Below, in pieces: positions 1 through 10,054 of a DNA stretch of 64,000 nucleotides (position 1 is its first letter; the number at the start of each line of letters is the position of its first letter). The notes beneath the pieces were generated by a model, which was not told the origin of the DNA, searched no databases, and was given only the letters and a program-made list of their open reading frames with translations. The translations under genes and the position numbers were made by a program. This DNA comes from Bacteroidota bacterium (GTDB lineage: Bacteria; Bacteroidota; Bacteroidia; CAILMK01), in contig DAIUCM010000003.1 in the NCBI GenBank assembly GCA_036846145.1, positions 7,022 through 71,021 on the forward strand, in the 5' to 3' direction.

Positions 1-1803
1 GGTGGACAGTTTGAAAACCTGAAAGCTGCCAACCAGCGCCTTATGGTAGCTTTGCCAATCGCACTTTTACTTATTTTCATGCTGCTGTATTTTACTTTCG
101 GCTCTATTATAGAGTCTGTGCTTATTTTTACAGCCATCCCATTATCTGCCATTGGTGGTATTTTTGCACTCATACTGCGTGATATGCCCTTCTCTATCTC
201 TGCTGGAGTAGGCTTTATTGCTTTGTTCGGTGTAGCAGTACTTAACGGTATTGTACTCATCGGATATTTTAACCAGCTTAAAAAAGAGGGTATAACCGAT
301 ATAAACCAACGTGTTATTACTGGCACAAAGGTCAGGTTAAGGCCTGTAATCATGACCGCTGCGGTGGCATCGCTTGGTTTTCTACCTATGGCTCTTTCAA
401 AATCTGCCGGTGCGGAAGTACAGAAACCTTTAGCAACAGTTGTTATAGGCGGTTTGATTACTTCTACGTTGCTTACACTTATTGTCTTACCAGTACTGTA
501 TAGCTGGGTAGAAAAATACCTTGAAAAACGTAAACTTCATATTAATGGTAGCGGTAAAGTTCTTTCAATTCTGTTTGCTATTTTAATATTGTCTGGAACA
601 CAAAGAAGCTTTGCACAAACGCAGCCCCAAACACTGAATTTACAGGATGCTATAAAGATTGGGTTACAGAATAACCCGGGAATTGGAGCAGCATCGCTTG
701 AAGTTGATCAACAGAAAATATTGCGGAAAACAGCATATGATTTTAGCCAGACCAATGTTGGCTTTGAATACGGGCAGATAAACAGCGCTGCTATTGACAA
801 CGCATTTTCCCTAACGCAAGATTTTTCTTTACCTAATGTTTATCTGCAAAATGCAAACCTCGCCCGGCAGCAAATTATTCAATCAGAATTCAGGCTCGCA
901 TTAAGCAAAGCAGAACTTCAACGCAATATAAAGTTGGCCTACTTCCAGGTGCTGTATGCCCAGGAAAAACTAAAGCTGTACAGATACCAGGATAGTTTGT
1001 ACAGCTTTTTTAAGAACGCTGCTGATGTTAGCTACCAGGTTGGTGAGGGTACTTATCTTGAAAAAACTTCCGCAGAAGCCAGGGAGCTTGAAGTTAAAAA
1101 CCAGCTTTTCCAAGCCGAATCTGACATGCGTGTTTATAAAACCCAACTTCAAAGATTATTGTATATCAGCCAGGATTTTAAAGTGGTACAAGATTCTTCG
1201 TTTTTTATGTTGAAAATGAATGTTGATACAAGTAAAGCTGAAAATGCGCCTTATTTAACCTTTCTGAAGCAGCAGATCGCAGTGAACATAGCCCAGACCA
1301 AAGTGGAAAGGTCTAAACTTCTGCCGGAGCTTTCATTCGGGGTACGAAGCCAAACGATCCGTGGTTACCAAAACACGGAAGGTAAAGAAGTATTTTATGG
1401 TCCTGGCAACAGGTTTAACATGATTCAGGGCGGCATAGGTATTCCATTGTTCTTCGGTTCTCAAAACGCAAGAATCAGGGCTTCAAAAATTGGTGAGGAA
1501 ATAGCGCAGAAAAATTATCAATTAAATACAATTCAAGTCGAAAGCGAACTCAAAAGGCTTACCGAAGAATGGCTGAAGTACCAGAATACCTTAGTATATT
1601 ACCAGACCAGTGGTATACCTCAAGCTGATTTAATAATTGATTTTGCAACAAAATCATATAAGCTGGGCGAGATAGGATATTTCGATTACATCCAGTATTT
1701 GTCGCAAGCTCTTCAGTACAAAATTTCCTACCTGGAAAATTTTAACCTTTATAATCAAACTATTATTCAACTCGAATATTTAGCGGGAGATCAGAAACAA
1801 TGA
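1..1803 (+). CDS. czcA: CusA/CzcA-family heavy-metal RND permease (C-terminal part) fused to a TolC-like outer-membrane factor domain; 5-prime truncated by window edge
   Basis: Frame open from base 1 (GGQFENL...RLMV); RND C-terminal motifs GFIALFGVAVLNG, RLRPVIMTA, QKPLATVVIGGL; followed by about 400 aa of OEP/TolC-like helical repeats. Confidence 0.9.
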   Translation, partial: GGQFENLKAANQRLMVALPIALLLIFMLLYFTFGSIIESVLIFTAIPLSAIGGIFALILRDMPFSISAGVGFIALFGVAVLNGIVLIGYFNQLKKEGITDINQRVITGTKVRLRPVIMTAAVASLGFLPMALSKSAGAEVQKPLATVVIGGLITSTLLTLIVLPVLYSWVEKYLEKRKLHINGSGKVLSILFAILILSGTQRSFAQTQPQTLNLQDAIKIGLQNNPGIGAASLEVDQQKILRKTAYDFSQTNVGFEYGQINSAAIDNAFSLTQDFSLPNVYLQNANLARQQIIQSEFRLALSKAELQRNIKLAYFQVLYAQEKLKLYRYQDSLYSFFKNAADVSYQVGEGTYLEKTSAEARELEVKNQLFQAESDMRVYKTQLQRLLYISQDFKVVQDSSFFMLKMNVDTSKAENAPYLTFLKQQIAVNIAQTKVERSKLLPELSFGVRSQTIRGYQNTEGKEVFYGPGNRFNMIQGGIGIPLFFGSQNARIRASKIGEEIAQKNYQLNTIQVESELKRLTEEWLKYQNTLVYYQTSGIPQADLIIDFATKSYKLGEIGYFDYIQYLSQALQYKISYLENFNLYNQTIIQLEYLAGDQKQ

Positions 1804-3122
1804 AAATCTACAAAATAAATATATTAAAACTATTATTGGCCGTTTGTATATATGCGGCAACAGCTTGTACAGGGAATAAACCAGATAAAGAAACCGGTTC
1901 CGATGAACATGGTCATAATGAAGCTACTGAATCAGCGGTTACTGATATAGTAAACCTTACTGAAATCCAGTATAATAATATCGGTATTGAATTGGGCGCT
2001 CTTCAACAGCGAAACCTTAAAAATATCGTTAGAGCTAATGGTGTGCTTGATTTACCACCGCAAAAAAGGGCAAGTGTTTCCAGTTATATCGGCGGCATCA
2101 TCAAAAACATATTTGTTATTCAGGGTGACTATGTAAAAAAAGGCCAACGCCTTGCAAGCTTGGAACATCCGGATATAATTGAAACACAGGAAGAATATTT
2201 ACGGGCCAAAAGCAGTTTCATCCTGGCAGAGAAAGAGTATCGCCGCCAGAAACAGCTATTTGAAGAAAAGATCATTGCTTCAAAGAAGTTACAACAGGCG
2301 GAAGCAGAATATCAGGAACAACGAGCCATATTATCATCGTATGAAAGTAAGTTAAGATTGATGCATATATCGCCATCAAGCGTGTCAACCAGAAATATCA
2401 TTACTTCAATTACTATAACTGCGCCCATAAGTGGTTATGTCAATCATGTTGATGTCAACATTGGTAGCGTGGTTGATCCATCGAAAGAGATTTTTGATAT
2501 CGTTGATAACAGCCATGTACATGTAGACCTACAGGTTTTCGAAAATGATCTTAGCGAGATAAAAGTGGGGCAAAAGGTACATTTTACCCTATCCAATTAT
2601 CCAGGCCAGGAATTTATTGCTACCATTTTCGCTGTGGGAAAAGCCTTCGATAATGAAAATAAATCTGTTGAAGTACATGCAGACATGGAAGGTAATAAAG
2701 ACAAAAATCTTATGCCTGGAATGTATGTAAACGGAAGAATCGAAGTAGGCGCCGGAACGGTTTCTACCATTCCAAACGATGCCATCATTTCTGAAGGTGA
2801 ATTGAAATACGTTTTTATAAAATTAGATGAGCATACTGACGGCGATAAACATGCTCACAGCGATGAAGTAAACCATGATCATGGTAAAGAAAGCCATAAA
2901 CATGCTGAGGCCAAAGAAGACGATCATGAAGAACCAGAAATGTATGCTGCTTTTAAACGTATCGAAATAAAGACCGGCGTAAGCGATATGGGCTTTACAG
3001 AAATTATCTCTCTTGGAGAGATGCCAAAGGATGCTCAGATTGTGACGAAAGGCGCATATTACTTATCTGCCCAATTACGTAAAGGGCAAAGTTCCGGTGG
3101 TGAAGATGAACATGGGCATTAA
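1800..3122 (+). CDS. czcB: Efflux RND periplasmic adaptor (CzcB/CusB-like) lipoprotein with His-rich segments
   Basis: Lipobox ATAC, biotinyl-lipoyl-like halves flanking a coiled hairpin, His-rich insert and C-terminal DEHGH; 4-bp overlap with czcA. Confidence 0.88.
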   Translation: MKIYKINILKLLLAVCIYAATACTGNKPDKETGSDEHGHNEATESAVTDIVNLTEIQYNNIGIELGALQQRNLKNIVRANGVLDLPPQKRASVSSYIGGIIKNIFVIQGDYVKKGQRLASLEHPDIIETQEEYLRAKSSFILAEKEYRRQKQLFEEKIIASKKLQQAEAEYQEQRAILSSYESKLRLMHISPSSVSTRNIITSITITAPISGYVNHVDVNIGSVVDPSKEIFDIVDNSHVHVDLQVFENDLSEIKVGQKVHFTLSNYPGQEFIATIFAVGKAFDNENKSVEVHADMEGNKDKNLMPGMYVNGRIEVGAGTVSTIPNDAIISEGELKYVFIKLDEHTDGDKHAHSDEVNHDHGKESHKHAEAKEDDHEEPEMYAAFKRIEIKTGVSDMGFTEIISLGEMPKDAQIVTKGAYYLSAQLRKGQSSGGEDEHGH

Positions 3123-3143
3123 TAACTATATAATTATTGAATC

Positions 3144-4370
3144 ATGATTATTTACTTTAGATACTTGATTATTTACATTCTATTATTAGTTTTTTGTTGC
3201 ACACAGCTATTTGCCCAAAACCCTGAAATCCAAAAACTATTAACGCAAATTAACCAGGACTCACTTGTTCAATTTGGAAACGAATTGACTGGCAAGAAAG
3301 CAATCTTAATAGATGGTGATACTACAATAATTTCATCACGTAATGCGAATAGCGCCGGGAATATTATTGCTAAAAAATATCTAATCAATAAGCTCAAACA
3401 ATATGGCCTTAAACCTATAGAGCAAAAATTTGAATTTACGGGTAACAATGTGTATGCTTTACAGAAAGGTACAAAAGAACCGGAAAAGTATTGGATTATT
3501 TGTGCTCATTATGATGACAAGAGCCTTGAAAATAAACCTGCCGGTGCTGATGACAACGCGAGCGGAACAGCAGCAGTACTTGAAATCAGCCGGGTTTTAT
3601 CTAACACTACTTTTCCGTATTCAATTGTATATGCTCTCTGGGACAATGAAGAAGAAAATTTAAATGGAAGCCGATATTTTGTTGAAAATAACCCCTTTGA
3701 ATTTGATCATATTCAGGGTGTTATAAACCTTGATATGATCGGTTATGACAGCGATAGCGATGATGTTTTTGATATTCATGTTAGGGATATTGTTAATAGT
3801 ATCGGCATTGGTCAAAAAATCATTAAAGTAAATGAGATTTATAATATTGGGCTTGTACCTAATATAGAATTACCTGGTGACGGAAACAGCGATCAAGCTT
3901 CCTTCTGGATAGGTAGAATATCGGCTGTAGCTTTTTATGAAGATGACGCAGACTTTAATCCGCGATATCACAGATCAAGCGATTCCATCTACTACCTGAA
4001 TAAAACTTATTGGTTGAAAATGACTAAGCTTGCTGGTGCTGCTATAAGCGAATTAGCACAAGGTGACGCGCCATTGTCAGTTTACAATACCAATGATGAG
4101 CAGGTCGAAATTTCTGCCGGCCCAAACCCATTTGGTGGAACGATCACCTTACGTATTTATTTAACCGGAAATTATTACGGTAGTATAGAGCTTTATGATT
4201 CTCATGGAAGAAAAGTTAAACACCAAAGTATTGATACCTTTAGTGGACTTAAAGATACAAATGTTCCTACTGAGAATTTACCAAGAGGACTTTATTTCTT
4301 GAGGGTGAGCTTAAAAGATAAAAGCAACCAGAGTATTTTTAAATCTTTTAAATTAGTACATGTGCTATGA
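3144..4370 (+). CDS. M28-family metallopeptidase with T9SS type-A C-terminal sorting domain
   Basis: CAHYD, GADDNASG, EE, NLDMIG, YH..SD zinc-ligand motifs; C-terminal PNP...GLYFLRV...K. Confidence 0.85.
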   Translation: MIIYFRYLIIYILLLVFCCTQLFAQNPEIQKLLTQINQDSLVQFGNELTGKKAILIDGDTTIISSRNANSAGNIIAKKYLINKLKQYGLKPIEQKFEFTGNNVYALQKGTKEPEKYWIICAHYDDKSLENKPAGADDNASGTAAVLEISRVLSNTTFPYSIVYALWDNEEENLNGSRYFVENNPFEFDHIQGVINLDMIGYDSDSDDVFDIHVRDIVNSIGIGQKIIKVNEIYNIGLVPNIELPGDGNSDQASFWIGRISAVAFYEDDADFNPRYHRSSDSIYYLNKTYWLKMTKLAGAAISELAQGDAPLSVYNTNDEQVEISAGPNPFGGTITLRIYLTGNYYGSIELYDSHGRKVKHQSIDTFSGLKDTNVPTENLPRGLYFLRVSLKDKSNQSIFKSFKLVHVL

Positions 4371-4990
4371 TCCAGCTATTTATAGGTAGTTTATTGCTTA
4401 GCATTATACATGCGGCCATTCCCAATCACTGGATTCCACTTGTTTTTATTTCCAGGACTGAAGGTTGGAAATTACGTGAAACTGTGTGGTATACTGCTCT
4501 TGTTGGTCTGGCGCACACCTTCAGTACGATACTACTGGGCGTTATTATTGGTGTAATAGGCTTAAAGCTTGCTGCAAATTACAAGCACATTACAGAGGTT
4601 ATCGCTCCGTTAGTACTTGTTTTCATGGGATTGGTATATTTAAGTACCAATACCAGCCATAGCCATCATGAGCATATTCCAGATGAAAAAAACTTACCCA
4701 AGCGGTCAAAAAAAGCCATATTGATTACATTATTTGCTGCTATGTTTTTCTCCCCTTGCCTTGAAATTGAAACCTATTATTTTACTGCCGGTACTTTTGG
4801 CTGGCCAGGCATACTTACTGTGTCAGCAACTTATATGTTTGTTACAGTAGGCTTGATGGTGTTACTGGTTACACTGGGCTGCAAAGGCGTTGAAAAATTT
4901 AAATGGGAATTCCTTGAGCATCATGAAAAGAAAATCACTGGCTCTATTTTAATTCTATTAGGATTGATTTCCTTTTTCCTACATCATTAA
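4367..4990 (+). CDS. Ni/Co-transporter-like (RcnA/UreH-like) membrane protein
   Basis: HAAIPNHW motif, His-rich loop SHSHHEH, SPC motif, about 6 TM helices. Confidence 0.65.
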   Translation: MIQLFIGSLLLSIIHAAIPNHWIPLVFISRTEGWKLRETVWYTALVGLAHTFSTILLGVIIGVIGLKLAANYKHITEVIAPLVLVFMGLVYLSTNTSHSHHEHIPDEKNLPKRSKKAILITLFAAMFFSPCLEIETYYFTAGTFGWPGILTVSATYMFVTVGLMVLLVTLGCKGVEKFKWEFLEHHEKKITGSILILLGLISFFLHH

Positions 4991-5000
4991 ATTTAAATAA

Positions 5001-6938
5001 ATGGATCAACATATAGATGAAGGTTGTTGCAAGCCGCAACCAATTAAAACTAAATCCGTAGACCATGATGGTCGTGAACATAACGAAAATAAATATCTCT
5101 ATTTACCAGCCGTTCTCTGCTTTGTGTTATTAATAGGTGGTATATTGTATGAGAAATTTGTGAATATGCCCAATGGGTATTTAACGCTTGCAGTATATGG
5201 GGCAGCTTATTTAATCGTTGGATGGAAAACACTCTGGGGTGCAATAAATAACATTCTGCACGGAGAATTTTTCGATGAGAAATTCCTCATGAGCATCGCA
5301 ACTATTGGTGCTTTTGCTATTGGTGAATACGAAGAAGGCGTAGCCGTAATGTTATTTTATGAGGTTGGTGAATTATTCCAACATGCTGCTGTAAATAGAG
5401 CAAAGCGGTCTATCCGTGCTCTCCTGGATATTAGACCAGACTCTGCTACAGTGATCCGTAATGGTCAGCCACAAGAAGTCCACCCACGGGAAATTGAGGT
5501 TGGAGAAACAATTCAAATGAAACCAGGTGAAAAAGTATCACTGGATGGTGTGTTATTATCACAAGCTGGTTCATTCAATACAGCCGCTTTGACAGGTGAA
5601 TCAGTACCTCAAACTAAAGAGAAAGGCCAGCCAGTATTAGCCGGCATGATTAATTTAAATACAGTATCTGAAGTAATTGTAAATACACCTTACCAGGACA
5701 GTAAATTATCTAAGATATTACAGATGGTTCAAAACGCTGCTCTCCGTAAAGCGAAGACACAGCTATTCATCTCAAAGTTTGCAAAAATATATACCCCGAT
5801 CGTAGTTTTATTAGCAGTTTCTATTGCTCTGTTACCCTATTTTTTTGTAGAAAATTATGTTTTTAGCGACTGGCTATACCGATCATTAGTGTTCTTAGTT
5901 GTTTCCTGTCCATGCGGACTGGTTATATCCATTCCACTTGGATACTTTGGTGGCATTGGTGCCGGCTCCAAGAACGGAATTCTATTTAAAGGTTCAAACT
6001 TTCTTGACCTTATGGCCAATATAAACACGATTGTAATGGATAAAACCGGAACTCTTACAAAGGGCGTATTTCGTGTACAAGAAGTTAATACTAATGACAT
6101 AGATAAAAATCAATTTATTTCTATTATTGGTGCTCTCGAAAGTCATTCGACTCATCCGATCGCGAGAGCCGTAACCGAATATGCTGGTGAACTTATTAAA
6201 AACGCTGAAGTAAAAGACATAGAAGAAATTTCTGGTCATGGCTTAAAAGGCGTCGTTAATGGTTATAAGGTTATCGCCGGTAATTTAAAACTACTAAAAA
6301 AGTTTAACATACCGTACCCTTCCGGAATAGAAAGAATTGAAGACACAATCGTTGTAAGCGCTTTTGACGAAAGATATGCCGGCTACATAACCATTGCAGA
6401 CGAAATTAAAGAAGACGCAGCAGAAGCGATTAAAATGCTCCATAACATGAAGGTAAAAACTATTATGTTATCGGGAGATAAATCCAGTGTTGTTAATCGT
6501 GTAGCACAAAAGCTTTCAATTGATCAAGCATACGGCGACCTGTTACCTGAAGATAAAGTGAAGCACGTAGAAGCAATAAAAAATAAAAACAATTCTATTG
6601 CTTTCGTTGGTGATGGTGTAAATGATGCTCCAGTAATAGCTCTCGCAGATGTCGGCATTGCCATGGGTGGTTTGGGTTCCGATGCTACTATTGAAACGGC
6701 AGATGTGGTGATTCAGAATGATCAACCTTCAAAACTTCCGGTAGCTGTTAAGATCGGTAAAGCAACTAAACGCATAGTATGGCAGAATATTACCCTGGCA
6801 TTAGGTATAAAAATTATTGTATTGATACTTGGAGCCGGTGGCCTGGCGACATTATGGGAAGCAGTATTTGCAGATGTTGGTGTAGCTTTGCTGGCAATTC
6901 TCAACGCAATAAGAATTCAGCGAATGACGTTCCGATAA
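5001..6938 (+). CDS. cadA: Heavy-metal P1B-2 ATPase (Zn/Cd/Pb; CadA/ZntA type)
   Basis: TGES, CPC, DKTGTLT, GDGVND, TM7 Lys and TM8 DVG. Confidence 0.88.
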   Translation: MDQHIDEGCCKPQPIKTKSVDHDGREHNENKYLYLPAVLCFVLLIGGILYEKFVNMPNGYLTLAVYGAAYLIVGWKTLWGAINNILHGEFFDEKFLMSIATIGAFAIGEYEEGVAVMLFYEVGELFQHAAVNRAKRSIRALLDIRPDSATVIRNGQPQEVHPREIEVGETIQMKPGEKVSLDGVLLSQAGSFNTAALTGESVPQTKEKGQPVLAGMINLNTVSEVIVNTPYQDSKLSKILQMVQNAALRKAKTQLFISKFAKIYTPIVVLLAVSIALLPYFFVENYVFSDWLYRSLVFLVVSCPCGLVISIPLGYFGGIGAGSKNGILFKGSNFLDLMANINTIVMDKTGTLTKGVFRVQEVNTNDIDKNQFISIIGALESHSTHPIARAVTEYAGELIKNAEVKDIEEISGHGLKGVVNGYKVIAGNLKLLKKFNIPYPSGIERIEDTIVVSAFDERYAGYITIADEIKEDAAEAIKMLHNMKVKTIMLSGDKSSVVNRVAQKLSIDQAYGDLLPEDKVKHVEAIKNKNNSIAFVGDGVNDAPVIALADVGIAMGGLGSDATIETADVVIQNDQPSKLPVAVKIGKATKRIVWQNITLALGIKIIVLILGAGGLATLWEAVFADVGVALLAILNAIRIQRMTFR

Positions 6939-6969
6939 AATAAGAATTTTAAATTATAATTTAAAGATT

Positions 6970-7326
6970 ATGAAAGCTTTTTGTATGATCATGTTAGCTC
7001 TGATTCTGAGTTTCGGCGCTAACGCACAAAAGAAAAAAACAGAAACAATAGTAATAAAAACCAAAATATACTGCGATCACTGTTTGGAATGTGAAAGCTG
7101 TGGTGACAATATCACAAATTCTCTTGGTCTGTCCAAGGGTATTAAAGATGTAAAAATCAATCCTGAAGATAATACTATTACTGTAAAATATAATCCTAAG
7201 TTGACAAATCCGGAAGCTATCAGAAGAACAATAAATAACGCTGGGTTTGATGCAGATAATCAGAAAGCACCAAGTACTGCTGTAAATAAGCTTGACGGTT
7301 GCTGCAAAGCAAAAGAAACGAACTGA
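6970..7326 (+). CDS. Exported heavy-metal-associated (HMA) domain protein
   Basis: Signal peptide; HMA fold pattern with CDHCLECESC loop; C-terminal CC. Confidence 0.75.
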   Translation: MKAFCMIMLALILSFGANAQKKKTETIVIKTKIYCDHCLECESCGDNITNSLGLSKGIKDVKINPEDNTITVKYNPKLTNPEAIRRTINNAGFDADNQKAPSTAVNKLDGCCKAKETN

Positions 7327-7352
7327 TCATTTATTTATAATAACCTACAGTA

Positions 7353-7943
7353 ATGTTTTTAAAAATATTCTTACTGGGATATTTCATCCTATATTTTGGA
7401 ATAGCTTTCGTAGCAAAATCTTTAATTGTTGCTAAACGGATCGGTAAGAACCCATTGGTAATACCAAAAGATGAAAGCGCATATGGCTTAATAGGTCAAT
7501 ATTTTAAATTTACACTTATAGGCATATTCGTTTATGTTGTTTTATTTACTTTTCTGGATGCAGAGAATTTCAAATCATTTGAATTTCTTCAGAATAAGTA
7601 TGTGTTTTATTCAGGTATAATAATTATGCTGATTGCTTTAATATGGACAATTATTGCACAAAATGATATGCGTAATTCATGGCGAATTGGAATTGATCAT
7701 GAAATAAAAACAGAACTTATCACTACTGGGCTTTTTAGGTACTCACGTAACCCTATATTCTTTGGAATGATACTGAGCCTGATAGGTTTATTCTTTACAA
7801 CACCGAATGTGCTTACATTACTATTTTTAATAGTTGGTTATGTGCTAATTGAGATACAGATCAGGCTGGAAGAAGAATTTCTTTGGAAGCAGCATGGTGA
7901 AAAGTATATCGAATACAAGAAAACAACACGGCGCTTACTATGA
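7353..7943 (+). CDS. Isoprenylcysteine carboxylmethyltransferase (ICMT/PEMT) family membrane protein
   Basis: WRIGID...LITTGLFRYSRNPIFFG...EEEFL motif. Confidence 0.85.
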   Translation: MFLKIFLLGYFILYFGIAFVAKSLIVAKRIGKNPLVIPKDESAYGLIGQYFKFTLIGIFVYVVLFTFLDAENFKSFEFLQNKYVFYSGIIIMLIALIWTIIAQNDMRNSWRIGIDHEIKTELITTGLFRYSRNPIFFGMILSLIGLFFTTPNVLTLLFLIVGYVLIEIQIRLEEEFLWKQHGEKYIEYKKTTRRLL

Positions 7944-8085
7944 TTTTAATTTAGATTAAATAAACTTGATTATTGTCCAAATTGTGTACTACTTGACAAT
8001 AAACTCCCTACGTCATTAAATTTTTAAAATATATTAATAATTTTCTAAAAATAAACCTGTTACTACACTCATTGACATCGTTCCC

Positions 8086-8476
8086 CGCTTTACAGATTTT
8101 GCTGATCCGGTTACACCATACATGTACCATTGTCACCTGCTTCATCACGAGGATGATGGGATGATGGGCAGTTTCACAGTGATTGATACTACTGCAACAG
8201 GCATTTCAGAAACAAATATTGATGAGCCTGACTTTAAATTTTACCCGAACCCTGTTTCAGGCACCATCAATATCAAAATCCCAGAAAATGTAAGCAGTAC
8301 TGATATTAAGATAATTAACACTTTGGGCCAGACATTTACATATATAGCTAACCCAAAAAATGCTTTGACTACAGTAGATGTTTCAGGCCTGAAAAATGGC
8401 TTATATTTTACAAATTACCACTATTTCGGTAGGTTCGGTTCAGCAAATCCTGACAAAAAAATTCATCAAACAATGA
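8086..8476 (+). pseudogene. 3-prime remnant of a T9SS-secreted multicopper oxidase (5-prime deleted, frameshift in CTD)
   Basis: RFTDFADPVTPYMYHCHLLHHEDDGMM copper signature with no upstream domains; CTD tail QITTISVGSVQQILTKKFIKQ* lies in another frame after the T4 run at 8406-8409. Confidence 0.8.
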
Positions 8477-9927
8477 GATATTTCCTACTGATTATTTTAG
8501 TATTTACTGGATTTTACGTACACGGTCAATCTCAAGTGATATGGAATAATACAATTGATATTGCCGATGCAAGCTACCATAATTTGCACCCTCGGATGTG
8601 CTTGGACAGGAAAGGAAATCCCCTTGTGATTTGGGGAAGTATGGATGAGGCTGTAATGTTTACTCGCTGGACCGGAACATCTTTTACTACACCTGTAAAA
8701 CTGAACTCAGAAAACTTGACTGTAGCAACAGCAAGCTGGATGGGGCCCGATATTGCTTCCAATGGCGATACGGTTTATGTAGTTTTACGTCAAACGCCTG
8801 AAACCACAGATACAAGCAAACATATATTTATTTTGACTTCATTTAACGGTGGGCAAACATTCTCAAAACCAGTGCAGGTAGATTTTATTGGCGACAGCCT
8901 ATCGCGATTCCCAACTGTTACTGTTGATGAAAAAGGTAACCCCATTGTTGCTTTCATGAAATTTAACAAATCTTTTTTGCAGTCGAAATTGGTGGTTGCG
9001 CGGTCTAATGATTTTTGAAAAACATTTTCTATAGATGTGAAGGCAAGTGGCTATAGCGGCCAGGAAGCCGAGGTTTGCGATTGCTGCCCTGGCGCATTGG
9101 TTTCTTCCGGCAACACAACAGCAATCCTGTATCGAGATAATTTGAAAAACATCCGTGATATATGGACGGGCATTTCTACTAATAACAACAGTACATTTCC
9201 GACTGGATATAACGTAGATAAGAATAAATGGATAATTATGTCTTGTCCTTCAAGCGGGCCTGATGCCGTAATTGTTGGCGAAAGTTTATATTCAGTTTTT
9301 TTAAGCGGCGGAAGCGGAAGATATCGCACTTATATGAGTAAGGCGACTTTAAAAGATGTTTCAAAAAGTAGTGTTACCAGATTTACCAACGAAATGACTG
9401 GACTCGGTCAGCAGAATTACCCTCGGATTTCTTCTTATGGAAAAGCCTCAGCCATTGTATGGCGACAAAATATTAGCGGCGTTGCCCAATTGCCAATCCT
9501 TTTCACTAAAGACATAACAAAAGGTTTTCCGGCAGCCTATGAAATGGTAGATGTTGCTGATGTTACTAACACAGATGTTGCCGTTAGTAAAGAAAACATA
9601 TACGTTGTTTGGCAGGATGACAAAGTCGGTACTGTGAAATTCCGCAGCGGTAACTATACATCGTCACAAACCAGTATCGCGGAAAACACTAAACCGGAAT
9701 TATTTTCTGTATATCCTAACCCAGCAAAAAATGCTTTTACTATTAACTTAATCAAACGCAATTCTGAGATATTGGTTACCGACATTTTGGGCAGAACGGT
9801 TTATACATTACAAGACACTACAGAGGAAAAACTCGAAATAAACACCGCAAACTGGGAAAAGGGTTTGTACATAATTACCGTTAAAACCGGTGCTAATCTT
9901 TCAGCACAAAATCTTATAATACAGTAA
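8473..9927 (+). pseudogene. Secreted Asp-box/BNR beta-propeller protein with T9SS type-A CTD, interrupted by one in-frame TGA (9016-9018)
   Basis: Signal peptide MRYFLL; SFNGGQTF and SNDF*KTF Asp-boxes; both ORF halves are in the same frame; YPNP...GLYII CTD. Confidence 0.75.
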
Positions 9928-10054
9928 CTTAAAAATTGCATATAAGATATTTGGCAAAAATGCTTTTTTAGTAGGAAATATTTGTTTTAAGATACATTTG
10001 AGATTCCGCACAAATTGCGGTAATGCTTTTTTTTAAGTAGAAAATTTTATCTAC

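Noticed and set aside
9016-9018. UGA recoded as Gly (genetic code 25) or selenocysteine
   Set aside because: Many intact genes here end in TGA (e.g. 7326, 7943, 24333, 43665); the position expects Gly, not Cys
8122-9018. 298-aa ORF as a genuine oxidase-propeller fusion
   Set aside because: It is produced by a frameshift joining two separate genes; the original stop/start overlap (ATGA at 8473-8476) is still visible
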